Below are positions 1-7,396 of a stretch of 21,837 nucleotides of DNA, piece after piece. The DNA is taken from positions 1 through 21,837 of the forward strand of contig JANLPS010000036.1 of NCBI GenBank assembly GCA_031367385.1. The letters run 5' to 3'. The notes below the pieces were generated by a model, which worked only from the letters and a program-made list of their open reading frames with translations, made no database searches and was not told the DNA's origin. Positions within the stretch are counted from its first letter, which is position 1. Every line of letters begins with the position of its first letter. Both the position numbers and the translations under genes were made by a program. The stretch is from Archangium sp. (GTDB lineage: Bacteria; Myxococcota; Myxococcia; Myxococcales; Myxococcaceae).

Positions 1-725
1 GGCACTCGACCGAGCTGCTCGTCTCCCGGCACTCGCGCTCTCGCAGCGTTCTCATCGCTCGGCGGTGGTCTCTGCGTCAGCGGCCGCGCGGCAATGGTGG
101 GCTGCTCAGAGAACGCAGGCGCCGGGCGCACCGTCAGTGGCATGCCTTCTGGCATCGTGAGCGCAGGCGGGGGCGGAGCAGGCACGGGTTGAATGGGCGG
201 CACCACACCCGGCGCTCGAGGCGCGTGCGCAGGCGAGTATTCCGTTCTCGCCACTTCAGGCTTGGGAAAATTGCTCGGCGGTGGTGCGACGCTCGGCGGC
301 AACGGCGGCTCAGGCAGGCGCCCGACGCGAACCAGGGGCACCGCCGGCGGGTTGCGCACTGGCGCCGAGGGCGTCGGGTCTACTGGCGCCGAGGGGTCTC
401 GCTTGTGCCAGCTCGTGCCCGCGGGCGAGGTCTTCAGCTGCGAATTCGGCGGCACCGCCGGGTCAGCCTTCGGCAGGTTGTACGGAGCGACCTTGGTCGG
501 CGCGTCATGCTCATCACCCAACCCCACCGGCGCCGCGGCCTGGCGATTCGCCCACTCGGTGGGTGACGGCGGCGCGACTCGCGCAGGCGCCCCGGCCGGC
601 CGCGCGCGCAGCTGATCAAAGCCCGGCACTTCGCGGTTGCGACGGTCCAGATCCATGTCTTTTTGGAGAATCGACGGCGTGCCAGCGGGCGGCGCGTCAA
701 ATGGCTTTTTCGGGTCGTTGCTCAC
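1..725 (-). CDS. Proline-rich, probably disordered hypothetical protein, N-terminal part (runs off the left edge)
   Basis: Manual translation; not in the ORF track because no stop lies in the window. GTG at 725-723 opens MSNDPKKPFDAPPAGTPSILQKDMDLDRRNREVPGFDQLRARPAGAPARVAPPSP..., with no stop through base 1. Alternative ATG at 656. Very Pro/Ala-rich. Confidence 0.75.
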   Translation of the reverse strand, partial: MSNDPKKPFDAPPAGTPSILQKDMDLDRRNREVPGFDQLRARPAGAPARVAPPSPTEWANRQAAAPVGLGDEHDAPTKVAPYNLPKADPAVPPNSQLKTSPAGTSWHKRDPSAPVDPTPSAPVRNPPAVPLVRVGRLPEPPLPPSVAPPPSNFPKPEVARTEYSPAHAPRAPGVVPPIQPVPAPPPPALTMPEGMPLTVRPAPAFSEQPTIAARPLTQRPPPSDENAARARVPGDEQLGRV

Positions 726-808
726 GGCGACATGAGACGCCGAGTCGTTCGCGATCGCAAGAAATCCTACATCGGCCTACAGGTATGACCGGGCTGAGCC
801 CCGGCGAC

Positions 809-3316
809 CTACGGGGTGATGCGCCCACCGAAGTGCCGCACCGTCGCGTCGAGCCCGAACGACATGTTGCCCACGTCGAAGGTGCCGTCTTTGTCGATGG
901 TGAACCGGCCGAGCTTCACCTTGAAGGTCTGATCAACGCCCTCGAGCGGGTTGAGCGAAATGCCCGGCATGGTGGTCAACGCGGCCAGGTCGATCTGCTT
1001 CGAGGCGATGCTCGCTTGAAGCTCGATGCTGCCGCTCGCCTTCGGAGTGCCGCCCTCCTTGCTGACCTGCAAGCGGTCGAGCGCGAACTTCACCTTCGCT
1101 CCGTCTTTGAACTTGAGCACCTGCGAACCGGGGATGGCGACGGTGCCGCCGTCGAGAGTCGCATCGACCTTCATGTTGGTCATGTCGAACTCAGAGGTCG
1201 CACCGAAGATGGCTCGGGTGAGCACGGCGTCGATGGTCGAACCCTTCTTGATGTCGAGCTTGATGTTCTGACCCAGCGAGATGCTGCCGTCTTCGACCGC
1301 GCCCTTGATGCGCAGCTTCGAATTCGCGATCTCGATGCCACCGTTGGTGATGCGCAGGTCGCCCTTGCCGGTGACCTTGCCCGCGCCTCCCTGGAGCGCG
1401 ATGCCCGAGGTCGTCTTCAGGTCGAGGTTCTGAAACCCGAAGTCGACCGTGGTGGTGCCGCGAATGTCGAGCCAGCCGTCGACGCCGGCGCCCAACGAGA
1501 ACTTGGTGACGTCAGCGTCAATGGTACCGGTGAGCACCGTACTCTTGAGCGCGCCGGTGGTGACCTTGCCGCTCTCGACCGCCGAGGTGAGGTGCACGTT
1601 GCCGGTGACGTCGACGCCCTTGTCAGAATCGAACGTGGCGTGCGCTTTGCCCTGCAGTTTCACGCCAGTCATCTTGAAGTTGGCCGAAGCGCCGGGTGAG
1701 TCGTACTGATCGACCTGCGCGACCAGGTCGACGTCGCCGCTGAGCATGACGTGCTTGCCGTTGACCTCGACGGTGCCCTTGACGGCGGTGCGGCCCAGGT
1801 TGACGTGCGCCGTGCCATCTCCATCGGGAATGGTGACGCGACCGGCGTTCACCGTGCCTTCGAAGGTGCCGATGCTGAGGTGGGTGTTGGGCTTGGCGCC
1901 CGGCACTCCGATTTCTTCGGTGACGGTGACCGACGCGTCTTTCATCGAGCCGCGTGCAAGCTCGAGGTAGTCGCCGTTGGCGCGGTGGCTGACCGCGTAG
2001 TCTGCCTGCAGCTGCAGGTTCGTGATGCGGGTCTCGACGCTGCCCTTGAGCGAGGCGTCGGCCTTGAGGCGAACCGCGATGTCGGCCGTGCCCTTGCCGC
2101 CTTTGATCATCGTGCCGTTGGCGCTCAGGTTCAGGTCTTGGAGCTGCGCGTGGCCGGTCAGCGTGAGATCGCCGAGCGTGCCCTCGATGCTCACCTTCGA
2201 TTCGGGGCCCAGGCGCGCGCTACCGGCGGTGCCGAAGGGTATCTGCCCATTTTGAAAGGTGACGTTCGAGACCGAGATCTTCGCGTGGGCGACGTCGATG
2301 TGCGAGGCCAACGCCTTGAGGTCTATCGGGGGCGCGCCGATCGGCGAGACCGGTATTTTCTTGATCGTGATGCCGAGCATCTTCACCGGCAGCGACTCCG
2401 CCGAGCCGAGCTGATCAATGAAGTCGCTCAGCTTGGCCGACGCGGGCTTGCCGATGGTGGCGTTGGGCAGGTACTTCACGTCGACTTCGGCGCGGCCGTC
2501 ATCGGTCATGTCGACGCCGCGAATCACCGTGCCCAGCGGCCCGGTCATCGGCGGGTCGAAGGTCATCTTCGAATTCTGAAAGTCGATGTTGCCGTCTTTG
2601 ACGTGCATCGACAGGTGCACCATGGAGTCTTTCGACGCCTTGAGCATGCCGGGCAGAATCTCGCCAGCCTTGACGGGGATCTTGAGATCAACGTCTCCGT
2701 TTCGAATGAGCTTGAGCGCTTCGGTTGGGTTGATCGCGGTGGCGCTGATCAATGGCGCGACATTGGAGAGCGGGGCGGCCACGTCGGCCATCGTCGGAGC
2801 AGCTGGGCTGCTGGCCCGAGCGGCCGGCACCGAGCCGCGCGCTGCGACCGCGGGAGCCGCAGGTGCCGACGGAGTCGCCTCGGAGCTCGCGGCCTTCGCC
2901 GCTTTGAAGTCGCTGGGCTGCGGAGCGGAGCGCAGCAAGTCGATGGTTCGCGCTCCGGCCAAGCCGTCGGGCTTGAGGTGAGCGACGCGCTGAAAGGCGA
3001 TCACTGCGTCGCGGGTCTTCGGGCCAAATTTGCCGTCGATGGGGCCGGGGTCTTCACCGGCGCGCGCCAACAACGTTTGCAACTCGGTCACCAGGGCACC
3101 GGCCTGGCCTTCAGCGAGAATCGCCGCCTTGTTCCACGACGGCGCGGCAGCAATCGGCGCGGCGACATCGGTGCTTTCAGCGGCGGGCGCTGACTCGGCC
3201 TGCGGCTGATCGATTCGCGCCGGCATGGTCTGCGGGCGCTTTGATGCGGGTGTCACCATGCGGCTGACATTTGCATGATCACTGTCCGTGCGCGAGAGAC
3301 CGAGGGCTCCCAACAC
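809..3316 (-). CDS. Peptidoglycan-binding domain protein (PG_binding_1-like) with a long beta-strand-rich C-terminal region
   Basis: 835-aa ORF with high-GC codon usage. Residues ~67-128 (GQAGALVTELQTLLARAGEDPGPIDGKFGPKTRDAVIAFQRVAHLKPDGLAGART) match the PG_binding_1 pattern DGxFGxxTxxAVxxFQ...DGxAGxxT. An Ala/Pro linker follows, then ~630 aa of alternating hydrophobic/polar strands. The start is uncertain (later ATGs possible). Confidence 0.85.
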   Translation of the reverse strand: MLGALGLSRTDSDHANVSRMVTPASKRPQTMPARIDQPQAESAPAAESTDVAAPIAAAPSWNKAAILAEGQAGALVTELQTLLARAGEDPGPIDGKFGPKTRDAVIAFQRVAHLKPDGLAGARTIDLLRSAPQPSDFKAAKAASSEATPSAPAAPAVAARGSVPAARASSPAAPTMADVAAPLSNVAPLISATAINPTEALKLIRNGDVDLKIPVKAGEILPGMLKASKDSMVHLSMHVKDGNIDFQNSKMTFDPPMTGPLGTVIRGVDMTDDGRAEVDVKYLPNATIGKPASAKLSDFIDQLGSAESLPVKMLGITIKKIPVSPIGAPPIDLKALASHIDVAHAKISVSNVTFQNGQIPFGTAGSARLGPESKVSIEGTLGDLTLTGHAQLQDLNLSANGTMIKGGKGTADIAVRLKADASLKGSVETRITNLQLQADYAVSHRANGDYLELARGSMKDASVTVTEEIGVPGAKPNTHLSIGTFEGTVNAGRVTIPDGDGTAHVNLGRTAVKGTVEVNGKHVMLSGDVDLVAQVDQYDSPGASANFKMTGVKLQGKAHATFDSDKGVDVTGNVHLTSAVESGKVTTGALKSTVLTGTIDADVTKFSLGAGVDGWLDIRGTTTVDFGFQNLDLKTTSGIALQGGAGKVTGKGDLRITNGGIEIANSKLRIKGAVEDGSISLGQNIKLDIKKGSTIDAVLTRAIFGATSEFDMTNMKVDATLDGGTVAIPGSQVLKFKDGAKVKFALDRLQVSKEGGTPKASGSIELQASIASKQIDLAALTTMPGISLNPLEGVDQTFKVKLGRFTIDKDGTFDVGNMSFGLDATVRHFGGRITP

Positions 3317-3379
3317 GACGATTTTGTTCTCAAAACCTTAGAATTTGGGCCCAGTTTCACACCTTGTCGTACCTCGGTG

Positions 3380-4105
3380 TTAACCCGCCTCACCGTCGAG
3401 GTGCCGCACGATGGCCAGGGCCGCAAGGGCCGCGGTCTCGGTGCGCAGCACGAGCGTGCCGAGGGTCACGGCGACCGCTCCGAGGGAGATCAGCGCCGAG
3501 ACCTCCTCACGGGTCAGCCCGCCCTCAGGCCCGATGATCAGCGCGACGGGCTGATCAGCGTCGAGCACCGAGAAGGCCAACCCCAGCCTCGTGGCGTGCT
3601 CTTCTTCATCGAGCACCAGCAGGGTCGGGGCTCCCGGCAGCGCCTTGACCGCCTCGAGCAACGGGGCGGGCGGGGCGACCGTGGGCACGTCGCTGCGACG
3701 GCATTGGCGCGCGGCCTCTTCGACGATGCGTCTCCACCGCTCGAGCTTCTTGTCTTCTTTGCCCTCGAGCTTGACGATGCTGCGCGCGGTGCTGACCGGC
3801 GCGAACGCGGTGGCCCCGAGCTCGGTGGCCTTCTGCAAGACCAGCTCGAGCTTGTCGGCCTTGGGCAGGCCCTGCACGATGGTGACCGGGCGCATCGACC
3901 GCGCGACCCGCTCTGCGCCCAGCTCGAGCGTCATCGAGGTCTGATCAGCGGCGATGATCGACGCCGTGAAAGCCCGGCCCGAGTCGAAGACCTCGAGCGA
4001 ATCACCCACCGCGAGCCGCAGCACGCGTTGCAGGTAATGAACCCGCGCACCCTCGAGGCGCTGCCGGCCGGTTCGCGCCTCGGGCAGGTGCAGGCGGTGG
4101 CTCAT
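3380..4105 (-). CDS. rsmE: 16S rRNA m3U1498 methyltransferase RsmE
   Basis: Motifs HYLQRVLRL, KADKLELVLQKATELG, EAARQCRR, IIGPEGGLT, LGTLVLRTETA (SPOUT RsmE). ATGA overlap with the prmA stop at 4102-4105. Confidence 0.96.
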   Translation of the reverse strand: MSHRLHLPEARTGRQRLEGARVHYLQRVLRLAVGDSLEVFDSGRAFTASIIAADQTSMTLELGAERVARSMRPVTIVQGLPKADKLELVLQKATELGATAFAPVSTARSIVKLEGKEDKKLERWRRIVEEAARQCRRSDVPTVAPPAPLLEAVKALPGAPTLLVLDEEEHATRLGLAFSVLDADQPVALIIGPEGGLTREEVSALISLGAVAVTLGTLVLRTETAALAALAIVRHLDGEAG

Positions 4106-5064
4106 CGGCGTTTCGCAGTCAGCTTCTTCATCGCCCGCTCACGCACGGCGCTCTTCGGCTTCTTGCGCTTGGCGCTCGTGCGCTTCACCGCTTTGGGCGC
4201 TGGGCCTGCATCGAAGTCGAGGCGAATCCATTCTCCCTGCACTTTGAACCCGGCCGAAGTCATGCCGAGCTTCAAGTAGGCCGCGCGCACGTCTTCAGCC
4301 TGGTGCACCAACACGCCGGCGACGACCAGGTGCGCTTTCACCTTTGGCACGATCAGCGGGGCGAGCTCGATCAACGTGTTCGCCAGAATGTTCGCGGTGA
4401 CGAGGTCGAAGCGGCCCTCGATGTCGCCGAGCGAGTCTTCTGAGAGCTCGATGCCGGTCAGCCCGTTTTCTTGAGCGCATTCTTTCGCGAGGCCGACCGC
4501 GACCGGGTCGTTGTCGACGCCGACCACCCGGGTGGCGCCCAGCTTCTTGGCGGCGAAGGCCAGCACGCCGGTGCCGGTGCCGACGTCGAGCATGCTGCTG
4601 GCAGGGTGGGCCTCGAGCCAGTGGTCGACCGCCTCGAGGCAGAGCGAGGTGGTGGGGTGGTCTCCGGTGCCAAAGGCCATCTTGGGCTCGATGAAGAGGC
4701 AGATTTTGTCAGCCGGGGCCTTCGATTTCTCCCACGGGGGGCCGACCCAGAGGCGCCCGACCTGCACCGAGCGAATCTGCGAGCGCCACTCGGTGCTCCA
4801 GTCGCGATCGACGACGGCGTCGAGCTGGGTCTTCGCGCCGGTGACTGATTTCTTGAGGGCCTTCTCAGCCGAGAGCGCGCGGGCCTTGCCCTCGAAATAG
4901 GCCACGATGATCGCCTGGCCCCGGGCCGGAGCGCGCACGGTGGGCATGATCTGGTTCGCAGCGTCGCGCACCTCGAGGCCGGTGGTGCCGTGGTCGTGCA
5001 TGAGGCTCTGCGCGAGCTCTGATTTTGCTTCGATGACGTCGATGGTGAGGCTGACCCAGGCCAT
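4102..5064 (-). CDS. prmA: Ribosomal protein L11 methyltransferase PrmA
   Basis: Motifs DWSTEWR, EPKMAFGTGDHPTT, LDVGTGTGVLA, DNDPVAV, ANILANTL, GEW. Start reassigned to ATG 5064 (MAWVSLTIDV); the longer start in the track overlaps a real + strand gene. Confidence 0.95.
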   Translation of the reverse strand: MAWVSLTIDVIEAKSELAQSLMHDHGTTGLEVRDAANQIMPTVRAPARGQAIIVAYFEGKARALSAEKALKKSVTGAKTQLDAVVDRDWSTEWRSQIRSVQVGRLWVGPPWEKSKAPADKICLFIEPKMAFGTGDHPTTSLCLEAVDHWLEAHPASSMLDVGTGTGVLAFAAKKLGATRVVGVDNDPVAVGLAKECAQENGLTGIELSEDSLGDIEGRFDLVTANILANTLIELAPLIVPKVKAHLVVAGVLVHQAEDVRAAYLKLGMTSAGFKVQGEWIRLDFDAGPAPKAVKRTSAKRKKPKSAVRERAMKKLTAKRR

Positions 5065-5131
5065 GCGCGCGCCTATAGCTGCTTTCGAGGGCTCGGGGCG
5101 AACGGTCAGTAAAGGTGTATAGGGGCGTTCG

Positions 5132-5494
5132 ATGGCTCGTCGAAGCGCATGGGTGATGGGGCTGAGCGCAGTGATCACCGCGTGCGTGGGGCCTCCAGCG
5201 CCTGACTCGGCCATTTGCAGCGACCTCATCTCACGGGTGTGTGCGGCCCCGCGGTGTGCGTCGGCCGAGTCGGCCCTCTCGGTTGGTGATGCCTGCGAAG
5301 AGACGCTCCTGAAGCGTACCGGGTGCGGGGGCGAGGGGTTCGAGTTCACCACTCCGGCGAGAGCTCGGTGGCTTGCGTGCCGGGCCATCGTGTTGCGCGC
5401 CGGGGCCGCGAGCGGGGTTCACCCCAGCTGCGATGACGTCGCGCAGTTCGTGGGCGACTGTTCAGACGTCACCCTCGTGCTGGGAGCCCCCTAA
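5132..5494 (+). CDS. Small cysteine-rich lipoprotein
   Basis: 120 aa. Signal MARRSAWVMGLSAVITA|C (lipobox ITAC) followed by eight further Cys. Fills the gap between prmA and the START gene; stop is 4 nt before the next ATG. Confidence 0.8.
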   Translation: MARRSAWVMGLSAVITACVGPPAPDSAICSDLISRVCAAPRCASAESALSVGDACEETLLKRTGCGGEGFEFTTPARARWLACRAIVLRAGAASGVHPSCDDVAQFVGDCSDVTLVLGAP

Positions 5495-5498
5495 CGCC

Positions 5499-6116
5499 AT
5501 GAGCCTCCTTCTCGTGATGATGGTGTTGGCCTCAGTGCCCGATTCGGTGTTCGAAAACACCACCGCGTGGAAGCCCGTCGACGTTGACGGTGCGCTCACG
5601 GTTGAAAAGCGTGCCATCGCCGACAGCGCTTTCAACGAGTATCGAATCAGCACCACCACCGAGCTGTCAGTCGAGCTGCTGTGCTCGACGGTCTTCGAGT
5701 GGGGCACGAAAGGCAATGACAGCCCGAGCGTGAAGCTCTCGAAGCTGCTCAAAGATGGGCCCGATGAACGGGTCGTCTACACGCAAATCGAGCAGCCGCT
5801 GATCAGCAACCGCGACTACGCGATGACCGTGCGCAAGGCGAGCGCGCCCAACGGCGGGTGTCGCATTCGCTTCAAGGCCACCAATGATCAAGCACCGGCC
5901 GCGCCCGAAGGCTTCGTGCGAATGGAGCACCTGTGGGGCGGGTGGGACTTCGAGCCGCTGCCCGGCGGGGTGACCAAGCTGACGCACTTCTTGTTCGCCG
6001 ACCCCGGCGGCTCGGTACCCACCTTTCTCGTTCACGGCGGGCAAAAGAACAGCGCGAAGAAGAGCGTCTTGATGGCGCTCGACAAGGGCCGCGCGGCGCA
6101 AAAGGCCGCCAAGTGA
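5499..6116 (+). CDS. START/SRPBCC (Bet v1-like) lipid-binding domain protein, probably exported
   Basis: START-like motifs W...DGALTVEKR, VVYTQIEQPLISNRDY, GFVRM...GGWDFEP, ADPGGSVPTFLV. Start set to ATG 5499 with a short hydrophobic leader MSLLLVMMVLA. Confidence 0.85.
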   Translation: MSLLLVMMVLASVPDSVFENTTAWKPVDVDGALTVEKRAIADSAFNEYRISTTTELSVELLCSTVFEWGTKGNDSPSVKLSKLLKDGPDERVVYTQIEQPLISNRDYAMTVRKASAPNGGCRIRFKATNDQAPAAPEGFVRMEHLWGGWDFEPLPGGVTKLTHFLFADPGGSVPTFLVHGGQKNSAKKSVLMALDKGRAAQKAAK

Positions 6117-7345
6117 AGCGGTGGGTGAGCCTGGTGTTGCTTGGCGCGGTGGGGTGCGCGCGCCTCGAGACGACGGTGCGAACCGAGCGGGGCCCGGTGC
6201 TGCAGACGCTGCGACGAGACGAGGTCGAGCCGGGCGGCGTGAAGGGCCAATTGTCGGTGAGCCGCTGGCCAATGGTGACCGTGACCCTGGCCGCCTATGA
6301 GCTGTGCCGCGAGCAGACCATCGAGGTGCTCAACGAAGACACCATCACCGAGCGCAGCTCGAACTCGACCGGCCCCTCGCTGTCGATGGGCATCGCGAAC
6401 GTGCTCGCCTCTGGGGTGTTGTTTCTCACCTCGTTGGCGGTCTCGAACGAGCCCAACCGGGCCAGCATCGACGTGAATGGCCGCTATGGGCCTTCGACGA
6501 GGCAGTACGTGCAGGGGGCGGGGTGGGTGACGATGGGCATCGGGGTGCCGGCGCTGGTGGTGGGGTTGATCGGCTCGCTGCGGTCGGGAGAAACGACGAC
6601 CTCGAAGCAGGTCGAGCAGGTGGCCTCGCAACGCGAGCGCCCGTGCAATTCGCATTCGCTGGTGGGGCCGGTGGTGATCAACAACGAGCCCTCGCCGCGA
6701 GCGGTGGTCGATGGGGTGCTCGAGCTCGATGCCTCGGCGCTCTCTGAACCGATTGAAGATCTCCGTTTCTTCGGCCGCACGGTCGCGCTCGACGATGGGT
6801 CGATGACAGTGCTCGCACAGGTCAACGCGTGCATCGCGGCGCGGCAGGCCGTCTTCGACCCCGCGCTCTCCGACGAGTCGGCGCTCTACGCGCGTCAGGA
6901 GCTCGAGCTGCGCTGCAGCACGGTGAGCCGGGTCGCTTCGAACGACGCGGTGTCGACCGAGCTGACCCGGCGGCGTCAAGGGGAGTCAGTGTACCGGTCG
7001 ACTCCGAAGGTGAGGTCGTTTGACGAGGCTGTGCGGGTGTTCACGCCGAGGCTCACCTTCGCCGCCGGGTCGGCCGATGTCGCGCAGCTGATCGCGCCCG
7101 AGGCGCTCATAGGGCAGGCCGCGGTGCTCAAGGGCGTGGTGTCTGGGGGCGTGACCGACGGCGTCGGCGTGGTGGCGATTGGTGAACGCGAGGTGCTCGT
7201 GGTGGTGCCGGCGAATGAAGGCTGGAGCGAAGCCTTCGTGCTCGGCGCGCGCATCGAAGGCGTCGTGCTGATCAACGGGTCTTCGATGAGCGGTCAGAGA
7301 ACGTTGCCACTGGTTCGAGCGGTGTGGGTGCGGCCTGCATTTTGA
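6113..7345 (+). CDS. Hypothetical lipoprotein with an internal hydrophobic helical hairpin
   Basis: GTG at 6113 overlaps the START stop (GTGA). Signal MKRWVSLVLLGAVG|C. Two Gly-rich hydrophobic segments at ~6370-6445 and ~6509-6580. 410 aa. Confidence 0.82.
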   Translation: MKRWVSLVLLGAVGCARLETTVRTERGPVLQTLRRDEVEPGGVKGQLSVSRWPMVTVTLAAYELCREQTIEVLNEDTITERSSNSTGPSLSMGIANVLASGVLFLTSLAVSNEPNRASIDVNGRYGPSTRQYVQGAGWVTMGIGVPALVVGLIGSLRSGETTTSKQVEQVASQRERPCNSHSLVGPVVINNEPSPRAVVDGVLELDASALSEPIEDLRFFGRTVALDDGSMTVLAQVNACIAARQAVFDPALSDESALYARQELELRCSTVSRVASNDAVSTELTRRRQGESVYRSTPKVRSFDEAVRVFTPRLTFAAGSADVAQLIAPEALIGQAAVLKGVVSGGVTDGVGVVAIGEREVLVVVPANEGWSEAFVLGARIEGVVLINGSSMSGQRTLPLVRAVWVRPAF

Positions 7346-7396
7346 GCAGGGGCTGTCGCTGGGAGCGGCAACAGACGACTCGCGAGGCGACAGAGC

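Noticed and set aside
358..395. 14-bp direct repeat actggcgccgaggg with a 24-bp period
   Set aside because: A simple in-frame duplication (PSAPV twice) within a low-complexity Pro-rich protein.
789..804. GC hairpin after the 835-aa gene, and an imperfect hairpin at 7353-7393
   Set aside because: Short or imperfect stems with no U-tract; not enough to call terminators in GC-rich DNA.
281..3193. Long + strand ORFs 281..1699 (472 aa) and 1751..3193 (480 aa)
   Set aside because: Antisense shadows of the 835-aa gene. Stop-free reverse frames are expected with high-GC codon bias, and the translations are Arg/Asp/Val-rich with no motifs.
5065..5388. 108-aa N-terminal extension of PrmA in the ORF track
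   Set aside because: It overlaps the divergent lipoprotein gene 5132..5494, and PrmA-like sequence begins at MAWVSL (5064).
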